64,000 bases of DNA, taken from assembly GCA_013115145.1 (NCBI GenBank), contig JAAPAO010000087.1, positions 22,354-86,353 on the forward strand, read 5' to 3'. This DNA is from Perkinsus chesapeaki ATCC PRA-425. Lineage: Eukaryota; Protista; Perkinsozoa. Under the pieces are notes generated by a model. It did not search any database. It was not told the origin of the DNA and was given only the letters and a program-made list of their open reading frames with translations. Of this stretch, positions 1 to 13,521 are shown in pieces. Both the position numbers and the translations under genes were made by a program. Numbering within the stretch: the stretch's first letter is position 1; each line of letters begins with the position of its first letter.

Positions 1-1345
1 AAGGGCAGAGATACGACCGGGGGAGTATGCCAAAAACGCTATATGTGTGTCGAGGGGAGTTGATTCGGTGGTGGCTATGTCAACGGACTCGGGAGTTCAC
101 GATGGCCTGCCGGGATTCTATACCGTAAATGCTATGGCAAGGAAGTGAGCTGGAATATTTGAGATGAGTTGTCTAAGGGTCCCTTGGGTGGCAGGTTCCG
201 CTGGAGTGATGTTATGAATAGGAAGCGCCTTATACTTACACCGCATCTTGAGGGGTGCCAATCACTGTGTCGTGGGCGTAAGGGATGCAAGACAGGCACG
301 TGGCAGGTAGGCGGTCTCATTGGTCAGTTGGCTGCTACTGAGGAGCCAATGTTGCTTAGTCCTGTCGAGCGTTGAAGGAAGTGTGCCAAGGAGGGCAGTT
401 GAAGGATATCGAAATGAATAGGACATGCGAGTGAGTGGTGCAGATGATAGTGTTATCATGCGTCATTTCCCTTTCTTATCAGAGCATGTACTGGTATAGT
501 AGTGAGTGAGGACAGGGCGCCTGAAGACTATCCAAGCAACATAGGAGTTTGCAAACTATGTAGGACCACACCGCCGTCTGGATTGGTGGTATCATTTTCC
601 TTTATCTCAGCTTCTAGTATCTCCCACGCTATGTTCAGCTGTGGCGCTGGTAAAGATGGTCGGGCAGCTGGATGCTACTCCTTTGAAAAAGGCCGTAACA
701 ACTTCCTTATTATGAGCTCCTATGGGTCACCCTTTATTGAAGAAGGTTAGTCGGAGGCTCTAGGCCAGGTGATAGAGGACATCTCAGATGCTTCCATGAG
801 AGCCAATACAAGTCTGATAGTGTTTGAAGGGGAGAAGGGGGGATATGGGAAGATACTGGACCTCGACACCTGCCAGTATTACTGCGATAAGGATCCACTG
901 TGCACGTAAGGGCAGGGGCTTACACAGCGGTGTTATGTATGAAGTGGATAGGTATGGTCACTTTGCTCCTCGAGGGATAGGGTTCGGGGACTGTTTTTTG
1001 ACCCACAGTACTGACTTGGATGAATCAGATGACACCACTATAGAGGACAGGCCAGTGCTGAAGCCAAAGGGATGGAAGATTAGGTAGGTCGCTAAGCTTG
1101 GAGGCTTTTACTGTTGTATTTGCTGATATGGTTTAGGAAGTGCGATGGAGTGTGTGTGGTGTTCAAGAAGGTTATACCACAAGATGAGGTCAGCTGCTGC
1201 TGCTGCTGCTGTTGTGGTATGGTTCATTCGTCTATTGTAGGGCAAGGTCATAGCGGATAGGATAGGGGACGTTATAGACATGGAGGACCCGGAGGTGCAG
1301 CCTGATGTGGGCAGAATAAAGCAGGAAGAAGATGATGATGCATGA
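1..1345 (+). CDS. 3' part of a multi-exon Cys-rich protein with PAN/Apple-like repeats (5' end outside window)
   Basis: Spliced exons read ...HLEGCQSLCRGRKGCKTGTWQ... and ...GYGKILDLDTCQYYCDKDPLCT|YGHFAPRGIGFGDCFLTHS..., matching the C-x3-C-x5-C...C-x-L PAN/Apple spacing. GT-AG introns join them. The acidic tail ends QEEDDDA* at 1343-1345. Confidence 0.55.
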
Positions 1346-1506
1346 CACAAGTGTGCTGCCGGTGCAGCAGAAGCAACATGAGTACTTGTTGTTAACGCAG
1401 TGCTTGTGTGTTGAGTGTTGAGGGGGTGAGTCGGTGTTGGTTTGATGAGCTCCTCGAAACAGTTCGTTAAAAACGATCGGATTTTTTCTATAAAATACCT
1501 TCCAAA

Positions 1507-4068
1507 ATGCTGACGACCTTCAGCAGTGAATCCTCGCCACAACAACAAGCATCATCTTCGGATTGCTATAGTATGTATGATAATAGCAGTTGCAGTGCCA
1601 ACCTGGAAGGCAATGAGGGCCTAGCCTTCAAGAGGGCTCGTTTGGGTCCGGGCCCAGAGACTAATAACACCACCACAAACACTCTTCCACTGCTACCGGG
1701 GTGCTTGGCTCTACGCGGCTCCCCACCGAAGGCGATGTCGGACGGGTCCAAGCCGAATAAGAAGCCCTTGTCTCAGTGGTAAGGAAGGATGGGTATCTTA
1801 CTGTTTCGGTGCATCAACCTTGGATGCGCCAAGATACGCTGTGGTATCTTAGCGCACCGTGAAGATTCCATGCATTGTTGATTACCTAGGTATTTACAGT
1901 GTATTGATGAGGATATCTTAGCGGTCAAGAGGCTAGTTGAACGACGCCGCATGCCCTTTAGAGGGCTGGCTGTCGCACAGCAGTACACCAATGGCGATCC
2001 TAACAGCACCAACGCTATAAGTGATCTTCCAACAGGTAGCAGCTGCAGCAGTTCCCTTGGGGCCACGTTGTGTAATTCAGTTGATTGTTCCGAGGCTCTA
2101 TCCTCTTCTGCGTCGTCCTCCACTTCTCTTCCTCTTGTCAGCGGTGATTGTAATGTCTATTACTGTTGCCTTCTTTAACATGCTTGTTTAGATACTGATG
2201 TTTCTACACCACTGGAGACTCTACAGTTGTTCAGCACACCAGGGGTACTGCAACAACCGCTTCGCCTTGCCCTGCTGAAGTGTTGTTCTTTCAGTGTAAT
2301 GGTTTGGTTGGTGGCAGCTATCCTAGACGCTCCCAGTCTCCCGGAGAGTGCAAGCATGGTCGTTGGAGTTGTAAGAGTCCCGCTTTCCTCATGTAACTGC
2401 TTTACGATCTTTTGCTCAGCGGAAGAGCACCTTGTCTTTCTTGAGGGTTTGCGGGACCATGGACGTGACTGGACCACAGTAGGCTATGGGCTGGGAGTGT
2501 GATGGGCGATAGTCGCTATTTCAGATCACCAACTTGATCCCAACGAGGACGAATAAGCAAGTGAGGTCTCATGCGCAGAAGTACTTCCAGGACTTGGACC
2601 GTCGTCTGCAGGATCATCAAGTGAGTTCATAAGGAGCTCGGGAGGAGCCACGATAGCTTTTACTTTTCAGGGAACTGCTACTGCTGCGGCTCAACCGAAG
2701 GCTGAAACCGACTACTCCCCCCCAGAGGACGGTAGGGTCGATGGTATTGATGTGTGAGGGTTATGGTGCATGACAGATTGCTCGGAGCAAGCTAAAGCGC
2801 AGCAGGCCATGCAGGAGCTTCTACAGTCTATCACAGCAGCCCAAGGCTCAGGTGAGTTCGGCAACTAACGCCTGTCCTGCACTTTGCCTTTGATAGGTTC
2901 GGAGAATGTCGACCCTAATCTGCGCTATGAGACTCGGCCAGGCCCGGCAGTGGTATCGAGGTTAGAAAACAAGGATGCTGTGGAATCGGTAGGGTTAACG
3001 CTGATGCGGTAACTGTATCGAATGCTGTTGCTGACAGGTGCCAGCCAGGGCGGGTGAATCGCTGAAGGCTATGATGGGTCCGGCGTCCGGTGTCGAATCG
3101 GCCCAGGTATGTGGGAGTGTAGGAATGAACCTTACAATGTGATCTCTTGCTTTGTAGGTGTGCTCCAGCAACTTGGAGCTGGCAGCGTTGGCTGCTGTTG
3201 CGGCCAATCTAACATCTAGGCAAGGACTCCAGGATATGAACGCCAGAGTGGCTGCAGTAAGCATGTACCACCTCACAAGCCACGCCCCTTCTGTCAGGCT
3301 CCCTTCTCTCAAGGATTCGATCTAGCCGCTATTGCCGCAGCAGCGAGTGCAATGTAAGGTTGCTACAAGCTTGGGTTTCGATAGTTCTCACGCGAACCTA
3401 TCAGATCGTCAGCTCCTCCAGTTGGCGCTCGGTCTTCTACTCCTTGCAACTCCCAGCAGACGCAGTCAGCTTTGAGCCTTCAAGCGGCTCGGAGCATTGG
3501 CCTCCTTACAGGTGGAGATGTGTTGGCTATGGACAGTCACCTCACTTTTGTTGGTACGTGCGTTGTCCTCAGTAGCTTGCTAAGGAGCGTTCTATTGTTT
3601 CAGATAATATGAGGAGCATTCTTCATCACTTTTTGAGCGCACTGCCACCAGTAAGTCCCCCTTCATTTTATCTGGTCTCACTCACACGGTTCCCCTGTCA
3701 GGCAAGTGCTGCGCATGAGGAGGTCCTCGCCTGCCTTAAGGATGTCGAGACGCACTTACATGAATGTCGAGCGTAAGCTGCTGCTGCTTGCGTACCATCT
3801 TTTGTCTAATGCGGTCGTTGTTAGGTGGGCTCCAATCATGACACAGAAGCTGCATTGCAAAGGACAAGAGCTGTACGAGAGAACCTCCATGCTGTTTGAC
3901 AAATACATGGCCAGTAACACATCAGCCTCCCTCAAGGGGACCGGCCTTGATAACGTACCGCCCATTTCTTCGTCGACACCGTCCATAGAGTTACTCACCC
4001 TTAGACTCAATGTGCTGCTTCTGGACAGCAGCAGCCTTGCCATCAAACGGATCAGTTCTCTGGTTTAG
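1507..4068 (+). CDS. SHAQKYF-class Myb/SANT transcription factor (multi-exon)
   Basis: Splicing 2371-2419 and 2479-2525 gives KHGRWSSEEHLVFLEGLRDHGRDWTT-ITNLIPTRTNKQVRSHAQKYFQ. ATG at 1507, low-complexity N-terminus, last exon ends AIKRISSLV* at 4068. Confidence 0.9.
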
Positions 4069-5453
4069 CTGGGGAGATCGGCTTCCCCCTCCTTACGACG
4101 GGCATGTCGAGTAAGTTGTTAAGGTATGATGTTCCACAAAGACAACTGCTTCTCTCTTTAGATTGGCCTCAAACTCCAGTGGTCCCTGTTATGAGCGAAT
4201 CTCCAGACTCGCTGTAGCTGCTAGGCTCCGATATCGGAGTGCTAGCGTCCTTTCAGTAATTGTTACATAGATAAAGACAGTGCATTCTTACTCCTTAGAA
4301 TTGGGGCATCGAATTAGATTTAGGCATCGTCCTCGTTGCCATTGTCGTTGTTATCATTAAAGCTGCTAGCATAATATTTTCTCAAGTGCAGTTACTGGTG
4401 ATGTAGTTGCCTTTTGCCCCCTTAATTGTATTTAAATAAGTCCGATCTATAGAGGATCCGCAACACAACACCGCCATCATCATCCTTCTAATTGCAACAA
4501 GTTTTATAGTATTTATCCCATCACAGTGCTGTTGTTCTTGTCGATGATGATGCTGCTGTTGTTGTTGCTATATTGATATTGTTGTTTTACTCTGTTACAT
4601 GTTTCTTTACCTAATCGTACTACTAGTGTGTACTCTTTTTTGAGAAAGTATACTTTCGTGATAAACAGCAGCGAATCCACTCCTACTGTTTCACATTGTA
4701 ACTTTTGTGTGTGAATTATCCTTCATATCCTATACTACTTATATTACACTCGAGCCTCTATATGCGGCTCAGTGATCGGCTCTACTATATTCCAATCGTC
4801 TATTTTCTTACAAGGCCATTCCCCTGACGAAGAGTACACCAAACTCGGAATGCAGCAGCATCCCTTTGAGGCAAAGAGAAGCACATGTGGCCTGTAGGGA
4901 GACAGTGTAGCCCAGCTCATCAATTTGAGGGATCTACTACTGCTACTGCTATCTGTATCGCTACGGACGGCAGCTCATGCTGCTGCCAGCATGGTTTGGC
5001 ATCTCTTTATATTTGTTTCCTATATCCGTACCTGTTGTTGACTACTTTATCTTTTCGGTGTCAGTCCTGATCATCGATGTACGATGGTACTGTTACTACT
5101 TTTCGAATCTATTCAATCCGTCGTCGAGTGTCTATTCGTTATTGTATTCTCGTGGTAGTTTAGTCGTACATGATAGTATTGGTCTACCATTTGGTAGTAG
5201 TAGTTGTTCTTACAATCCTTGCAATGCATTTTTTGGACTAATTGATCGAACTCTCATCACCATTATCACCCCACTACTTTATGCCTCCATCCTAGTCTCA
5301 TTTGTAGTCATTTCTCTGTGGCGGTGGAAGTGGGGATGACGCCATCATCACCGTATTAGTTTAGTAGTAGTAACAAGAAGCCCCATTTTTGACAACAGTG
5401 CGTGAGCTTTCCGCGTCTTGTGTTGTTAATGTCTTCCTGAAGTGGTGTCGAAG

Positions 5454-7073
5454 ATGCGAACCAAACTCCTTGCTCTATCGGGTGCCTATCTTTCGACGGC
5501 GGCCTATGGATTGCAAGATTCCCATTTGAACTTCTGCGAAGACAGCGACGCCTCTCTATCGCAGATCGCCGCGGGAGGGCTATTAGATCCATCTAGTATG
5601 GCTTGCAAAGAGATGCTACAGTTTTGGTATCTCAGCAAGTGAGTGTCTGATACAGCAGAACCTTTGGCCGCAAGTTAGCACTCAGGAACACTAGCCTTGC
5701 TGAGTACCGACAAATGTATAGTGCATTAGGGGAAGGTCAGAGCCATAAACAGCAGATGCCCAATGTCAACTATCTTGTCTCTAGAGCCGCGGCTATTATA
5801 CAAGCTCAGGTGGCGCTAAAAACGCTGTTACGACAGGACGATATCGATCTGATAGGCGCACATGCTGAGTGCTATAATAATGGAGAAACCACAGTGCATG
5901 ACAGAGCAAATAAAGTTCGTTTTAGTCAGCGGACTGCGAAAAGTCAGAGTTCTGATGCATAACAGATGGTTACAAATGACTATGAGATCGCTTCACCATT
6001 GCGGGGTGTTCTCAGGCGACAGGTGTGGTATTCACACGATCTGCCACATCATTTCCAAGAGTACGCTACAAAACACGGACACTGGCTTAATAACAACAAC
6101 ATAGATACATGAAGACGTCCTCCAATTTCCTACTCGAGACAATCGCACTCACAGAGATGGAGTTGGAGACAATACGTGGGTTGTCACAGCAGTGGGATGA
6201 GGATAATATACCAGCCGATACGAGGTGGCAACCATGGCAACGAGCTCTCATATTGTGTGACAGCGATTACAGATACTACTCTCATGAGCATGATGGGCGC
6301 TACAGTGCATTGGAGTACCTCAGACGATACACGTTTGACTCGATGCAAGATATCGATAAGGGAATCCTACGGTAGCTCGGGCGAATTCCACATACCATCC
6401 ACGTTCATCGTAAGATATGCTGTTCGACATGTATTCAAGCGAGGCGACACTATTGCTGATTTTGGCAGCGGTATTAGTCAGTGGGCTGAGTGGCTCAACA
6501 ACACAGGGTCAGTGGAGATCTCAATCTGTGACTCAGTCTACAGAGTAGATACGTCACAGCTTTGGCGTACGATGGTGTGCCAGACGTGGACATCATCACT
6601 TCTGGCCAAGTCACGCGAGTTGATCTAGCAGCGGAGCACATCGACCTAGGGCTCACTTTCAACTGGGGACTTGTCCTCAATGTCCTTGACACTGTATGCT
6701 TCAAAACAGCTACGGCATTTAGTGTCAGTATCAGATCTCAACAGACCTCGCCGCCCGTATCATCAAGAATATAGCCAGTCACTGTGTAGCACGAGTTCCC
6801 ATACTGCTCGTTGTTGCCGAAGGGTCCCGTTGTCAGAATGAGGGCGTGATACTCTCATGGGCCGGCGTGACTGAGTCTGCTGACGCTCCATCACCGATGG
6901 ATTCAGCGTCCGTAGTCAGCAGTGTTGAGGGGAATTCCTCGGACTCTCTCAGGCAAGCCTGTCCTGATGGAAGCAGGGACTGGCATTCAGATACAACCCG
7001 ACACTGACCGATAAGCTGAGAGGGAGAGCTCACTCCGACTACCTCAGACGCTGGCTTTATGTGTTTGATAAGG
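5454..7073 (+). CDS. Signal-peptide protein with class I SAM-dependent methyltransferase domain (multi-exon; probably continues downstream)
   Basis: N-terminus MRTKLLALSGAYLSTAAYG is signal-like. Spliced IADFGSGISQWAEWLNNTGYVTALAYDGVPDVDII gives motif I DFGSG and motif II AYDG, followed by IIKNIASH...GVILSWA and FRYNPTLTDKLRGRAHSDYLRRWLYVFDK. Confidence 0.7.
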
Positions 7074-7127
7074 TCTGATCGAGGCATGGTCTGATCACAT
7101 GCGCTTTCTGGACTGTGATTCTCTGTA

Positions 7128-9863
7128 GAGTTGTCACGTATAGTTGGGAGCATTACACTTGTCAGCTATTACTACATGTTACTGTCAATATTTCACCTAC
7201 TACTATCATCAACACTACAGGTGAGCATGTAGCAAAGGAATGCGTCAGTGCTCGGTCTTCTTCAGACATCCTTATCTCTGAGCTTTCGGACATCCGATAG
7301 CAGCACCATTTCAACTACGGGTAGATATCGCACTACACAGTTAGATACCCTACGCCACTCTTTCTAGGAATAGAGACGTTACCTTGTCATAATGAGCTCT
7401 CAGCTGCAGACGTGGTGGAGGTACATCCAGATCCGATGACTCGGGTAAGCTCGTTTCTATAGAGCTATCCTGCAAGGTATTCATGCACCTAGATACCTTG
7501 CAACACGTCAGTCGCCCTTGAAAAGGATCGATTAAATCGTCCGTTCTGTTTTGGATTCGCAGCCAATTCGAGTACTTCGGCTCAGCTACCCTCACCTGTA
7601 AGTCCGCGCCTAGCTAGAATGGCTTGCAGTGCTCCGTTTGTAGTTCCTCGAAGTGGAACTGAAAGCTCCTTATGTTATCCGAGGTTTCGAACTTGATCGA
7701 GTATATGCACGTGAACCAGGTAGAGCCAGCTGAGGCCGCCTGGAGCTGTTCAACTGCTTCTGAATCGTAGATGCTCATAACGAGGGATCCACCAACAGCA
7801 TTTCACAGCCTTTGCCAAAGTCCATCAAAATAAAGTACGTGTTTAGACTGAGGTTGTTTTCAATCCCTTCCTTCAGCGCTGCAATGGGCGTCCATGCGTT
7901 CCAATGGTACAGGGACATGCAGGCACGAGAACACTGTGAGTCCATTAAATCTGCCGAGATGGAAAACAATACACCGCTATTTCTTGTTCAGCCATAGCTT
8001 GGACTTCTCTAAATACCGAGCCAGAGACAGTCAGGGCCCCAAAGGCCACAGTCGATTTGGAGACAGATTTCAGGGGTCATCTATTGAGGTAAAGTCATCT
8101 CACGCTTTCTTATCGTTTATCGAGAGTGCGTTTTAGGGTTTGGCCACGTGCAGAGTTAGTAAAGGGATCCGACACACTGAAGACTGGATTTCAAATAAAA
8201 GTAAGGCTCACAGCTTTGCGGACCCTTTCACCCGATACTGTCTTGCTCAGCTGTACGGATGTCCAGTCAAAGATACGCGCACTATGCAGCTAAGGTTCAG
8301 GTCAAGTTTCGCCTCGATAAGGAATAAGTAGGAGAGCCTTTGCAGAAGAGGCCTCGGATCGAAGGTCTATACTGTCAGATTCAAAACGCTCGATATTTTT
8401 CGGAAGGAGCTCATCAGCCACGTTTGCCGGCTTCTCACATTGTCAACGGCCTCGTCCACAACTACATGCAGTCGGATACTATTCATTGGTAAGTTGAGAA
8501 CTGATCCTCATTTGATGGTTGTTCCGCCAGACGTTGCCGAGAAGTCCGCGGCTGAGTTTGAGCACCACCGCAAGAATTTCAAGGAGAACACTCAACGTAT
8601 CGACAGCTACGAGCCCTCCAAGGACCACATACCCAACGTGCGCTGCCTGACTATGTTGGCTTCCACTATTATCGTCTCAGGTTGTGGTCAATCTTCGAGT
8701 CCTTCCGCCAGTTACCCAGTGCGTCGACTGCCGTAATCGCTCCGTCTCCCTACATCACAATCTGACTTGTAGCCATCAGGTTCTGCCAGCGAGATTGTTT
8801 CTCAATTCCGGGAGGTACTCGAGACCGAAAAATCCACCGGCCATCGAGTGATGGCCAAGTTTGAGGTAACCGCGGCACAGCTGCGCGTACTTAGATGCTA
8901 CTGTTGTAGGAATGGGTAACTGATGATTCACCATATTTCTGCTCTAAAGTGCAGTGTTTGGCTGGGCAGGTGAGCCGGCTTTCATACTAGCTCTGATCTT
9001 GCATCACTTTATCACCTCAGGATTGCGTCAATGGTGTCTGCATAGATAAAGTTGGCCTAGCACACGACAGATTGAAGTAAGATAGGACTAGGAAGGAATT
9101 ACAAGTCATCGACTCTCTTTCAGCTTGCACCCAGTTTTCTCCGAATCCGGCAGTCGGCTCGAGTCTGGTGGGCTGGTCAACTGGGATAGGGAAAACCGAG
9201 TTCCCGAGCAGAAGAGCATTATAAGCAACTTCGGGGCCGATATACCGAAATATCGGTGAGAGTCAACACGCGTTTGCCAGTGCGACTTTATGACAGGTAC
9301 GATGATACGCTCCTTCAGCTCAAGCCTCTACCACTCATAAAAGGAGCTGATCAACCTCCACAAGCCCACTTTGGTAAGCATTCTCATTGGACTACCGCAA
9401 CAATTACAATCTGTTTCCAGTTGCCCCGCAGTCTGTTAAGAGCTCTACTAATGGAGTAAGCGAAAGTGCTTTGGTGAGGCGTGTTCAAGCATAGCTTGTT
9501 GATTAATGATCGATGTTTCAGGTGTTCCAATCGGACGCTGAGCCGGCAAGTTCTGAGAAGGCCTTCCATAGGCGCTACACATTTCCCTTGCTGATAGCGG
9601 GGAGTCTCGTCGCATTACTGATCATTGCGGTGTGCATACGTAAAGCACGAGGAATCAGCCTTGTATGACCTACTCTAGGACTTGTTGTCTAACAGCACCA
9701 TGCTTTGAGTTTTCAGTCGGAAATTGCCGGATATAGTAATCAACGCCACTTGAATGGTCACCAATCATAGGATCCATTTTCAGTGTACCAGATTGTAAGA
9801 GTTCGAGTTGTGAAAAAGTATCTTGAGAGTGCTGCATGGGTACGTCCAACCAGCTGCGTCTAA
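7128..9863 (+). CDS. Chain of spliced exons of unknown function; C-terminal continuation of the methyltransferase gene or a separate gene
   Basis: In-phase GT-AG exons can be joined by hand: IETLPCHNELSAADVVEVHPDPMTR-IPCNTSVALEKDRLNRPFCFGF...-FLEVELKAPYVIRGFELDRVYAREP...-DVAEKSAAEFEHHRKNFKENTQRID...-SEIVSQFREVLETEK...-DCVNGVCIDKVGLAHD. No recognisable domain. Confidence 0.5.
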
Positions 9864-10108
9864 CACATGGTGGATGACGGCTAGATAATGAGTTAGGCTA
9901 GGAGCTAGATAGGACAAGAAATAGATCAAGGTACTCAACTATCTACACTTGGAACACAAAAGTGAGGGTTGTGGCTAATTATAGGTTATCATGCGTACAT
10001 TATGTCAACTTCTTTCTGCAATAAACCACTGGTGACTCTGACGAGATATGGCTTCGACCAATTATAGTTTAGTCACTTTCCGAGTCAGAAAGAACTATGA
10101 CATATTTA

Positions 10109-11336
10109 TTAGTATCGCTGGGAACCATCTCGCCCCCGGGCGAGTAGAAGCTCGGCCGATTCACTCTCCTTCCACTTCTGGTCTGTCCGCCTCTCCGAGC
10201 TGGATGAAGGGCCTTCAGATGGCTCTCTAACAAGTTGAATGCAGAAGCTTACTATGCCATCAATTGCCTACTATGAGGGCTGGACTTTCTCCTGGATGGA
10301 GATGACTTGCGGTGGCTTGGCCGAGGCGGAGATGCAACAGCTTCATCCTCGGGCTCCTCTTTCACAACTACTTCCCCAGATGCGTAAGCTTTCCGTTGTG
10401 CAGCGGACATGTGCTGTACAGGCGGAGAGAGCGGGACTGACATGTCAAGTTGGAGACGGAATACACTCAGTTGAGCGTTACTCTCAGAAGGTACTGGACT
10501 GGGCGAGTAGTGCACAACTTTGTTCTTCCGAGATGTGCTAAATCTCACCTGTGACCGACGACGCCTCTTTGCTGGGGGTTGCGTTGTCCGCACCTGAAGA
10601 TCCAGTAAGCATATCTATAGCTTTCCTGTTGGCTATGGTCTTACATCACGCCTTCGCTTAGACGGTGTGGCTGTTGGCGGTTGGGGCTGATCAGGCCCCC
10701 GCTTAGACTGCACTAACGAACGAAGCGATGTCGATATGAATGCTGTTATCTTGCTAAACATTGAAGGATATGATAGAGATCAATAAATGAGCTGATAAAA
10801 TATGTCTGCGAGCAAAAGGCTTATGGTGGCAACATTGCTGGTCCAGCACGCCCTCCGTCACGGCGAAACGGTTTCAGGCGCTGAGAAACTCACAAGACTG
10901 CAAGAAAGTCGTCCAGTGCGAAACAGTTAAAGATTAGGTCACGTTATGTTATGCAACTGATAGGCGCATTCAATGCCGTATACAAGAGCAAACCGCCACA
11001 GCTAATAGATGTTATGAAACACCGGTCTGGGTCACTGTTGAAACAAGGAGTTCGCTACACCGCGGTTACTGTAACATGTTGTAATCAGGCTCGAACTTAA
11101 CGGAATTCAATCGGTCGGTTAGCGCTGAATCTTCGGACACTTGATCAGGAACACCTTACGCGACATGACTCAAACGGGAGGAGCAACAGAGAATCACCTT
11201 CATAGAGTTGCTCCTGCCACCTTTCACCTCTCATGGAGACATCGACGCTATGCCGCCGCGTGGCGAAGCGATTGTCGCCAGGCATGGAGTTGGCAGGCGA
11301 AAGCGGCGCCTCCATGACTGGTTGCGATATGCTCAT
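10109..11336 (-). CDS. Hypothetical spliced protein with basic/Ser-Pro-rich C-terminal half
   Basis: ATG at 11336 (MSISQPVMEAPLSPANSM...). Exon-like segments KITAFISTSLRSLVQSKRGPDQ... and PAKRRRRSQVRFS...RKSSPSRRKSSP are flanked by GT/AG. Middle exons are unresolved. Confidence 0.4.
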
Positions 11337-11379
11337 TGCGAGAACCCTACCATCTAAAAACGTGCAGATCTCCGCTGAG

Positions 11380-13203
11380 TCAGCGGAGCGGTGCTGACGA
11401 GGACACGACCATCAACTGACCGCCGATTGGTTGCCGTATTTCCGTTATCGTGGGCAAGTGCTTGTTGGGCGATGACCAGTGTGGCAAGCCAGGGCGGTAA
11501 TGAGGGAGGTTGAGAATAGTAGCCGTGGAAGGATTTGACCGAAACAGCAACCGCAGATCATGGAAAGTATCTTTAAAACCTGATCACATCGAGCGACTCC
11601 CGAAAACCTTTGATGGAGCTCGCAACTACCTATCGCATCTCTTAGTCCGTATTCGTGTTTCGGTGGGTGAAGAGAGCTGTTGATTGCTTGCCCGCCTAAC
11701 AACTACGCGTTGGCAGCGAAGCACTGGCAAGAGGCAAATGTCACCTAAATCCCTGAGCGGAACTGAGCTCGCTGGCGAGGCTGACTGAGTATTGGTGGCG
11801 CCATGCTGAGGGAAAGTAACATGTTGACCACTAAAGCCACTTGAGCCTCGGAGTTTTCATGCGATTCCCAGCCCTACCGAATGAGTGGCGACTACAGAAT
11901 CAACCGAAGGCCGCCGTGCGAGCATGGGCCTCCACTGTGATGGCCCAAGGCGCTCCGATGCTATATGTGAGGTGGGCAGTGGCTGGTAACGCCATTCTGA
12001 GGGACCGACAGTTCACGGAAGTACTATAGGAGACGTACCACTCCACAGTGAGGGGGTTGAGGACCCCAAAAGGTAGGAATCTTCCGAGGAAAGGATGACG
12101 AATTGAGAATGGCCAAATACAGATCGATGAAGCATCGAGAAAATGAACATCTCCACACAGATGAGAGCCTCTTGCATTATCACTGCAAGAGATTGGGTAG
12201 ATGTGTGCTTGAAGTCGATGAAGCCGATACGGAATTCTTCTATAACATCGAAATGCACCAGAACACCGAATAAGACAGACTGCCAATAGGTAACAAAGAC
12301 CAACATCTTGATGCAGAGGAACTTCCCACCAGGGCTGAAGTTGGCCAAAGCATGGCGGATGACTAGGTAGAACTGCGCTAGATGGAAAACGGCAACCGAG
12401 GCGGACGCAGTGACACAGAATGCGATTGCCGGATACCTCGACAGGTAGCGTGTGCTTGAGGGAAGAAGATGCCTACATGTTGAAGCCTTCGAAGGTGAAT
12501 ACACCCTCTTCATAGTAGCCAAATGATGAGAGAGCCATCGCTAGAATTGCGGACGAAGGCTTGAACAAAACATACAGTAGCACCTATAGAAGGCATGCCA
12601 CTCTTAACTGAGGTGGGGAGCCTACTCCTCGCTTGCATTTCAGGAACCACTGGAGGTCCTTCCCTGATTGTTTGAAAACCTAACACTGTTAGCGACAGGC
12701 CCGACTGATGTAGAGTGAGATGAAGAACTACTTCATGGAGTCTTGTCGGATCTCCACGTCCTTGATACGCAGGAGACCGTTCGCATACCAAAGTTACACA
12801 GAAAGCGAAGAACTGGTACCTGACAGGCACTTCCGATGGGAGATGGTCCGCTTTATGCTGCTCACAGAACGAAGGCCTCGTACGTGTCTCGCACAAGATC
12901 CAGATACATTGAGGCTTCGACGACCCCCAGTGATATCCACGACTGTATGGCGTAGATGGGGACGATCCAAAGCATACCCACAACCTGCCATAGGCGGCTT
13001 TGAAGCACTAACTCCCGAAACGAGCCAACCTTTCTCTGGACTGTCGGCCAATGGAAATTATCAAGATGCGTGGCGATCTGAGATATAGTTATGCTGCACG
13101 CCGCCAGCGCAAAAACCCCTGACGTTATCCAAAGAAGGTTGAATATTGGAAAAGAGGACGAAGGAGGTTCTCGTGGTTCGAAGATGCCCAGGAGCCAATC
13201 CAT
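11380..13203 (-). CDS. TMEM184: TMEM184 / organic solute transporter OSTalpha (DUF300) family membrane protein
   Basis: HLDNFHWPTVQRK..MLWIVPIYAIQSWISL...YLDLVRDTYEAFVL, LAQFYLVIRHALANFSPGGKFLCIKMLVFVTYWQS and QEALICVEMFIFSMLHRSVF are hallmark family segments. Confidence 0.93.
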
Positions 13204-13521
13204 GATATAGTGGAACTGCTACTACTAAGCGCTGTCCAACTTGGAAAGGTGGCTGAGAGCCATTATGAGACTATTTCATCCGGAATCTAATTGACCAACA
13301 CAACAGTCATTTGAAGGGCGCTAGTAGAACACATCAGAGTCACCGACTCTGCGTCGGACGTAAGTTTAAGGGTACAACTTAACTTTAAGATTATTCTGAG
13401 CGCTCTTCCGGATGGTGGAAGGTACTCTAGGAAGCAGACTTCAAACGATGTTGCGAAGTGATCGCACGCTTGAAGGGGAAAAGAGGAGGCGTTAAACGTA
13501 TTTTAGCAGACGCTGTGGACT

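Noticed and set aside
4220-4246. 14-bp perfect palindrome ctccgatatcggag, and a similar 9-bp-arm palindrome at 39930-39948
   Set aside because: About four perfect 14-bp palindromes are expected by chance in 64 kb (64000/4^7), and there is no supporting context.
4300-5345. AT-rich stretch with a hydrophobic 120-aa plus ORF and exon-like minus segments
   Set aside because: Low-complexity sequence. I could not build a consistent spliced model on either strand.
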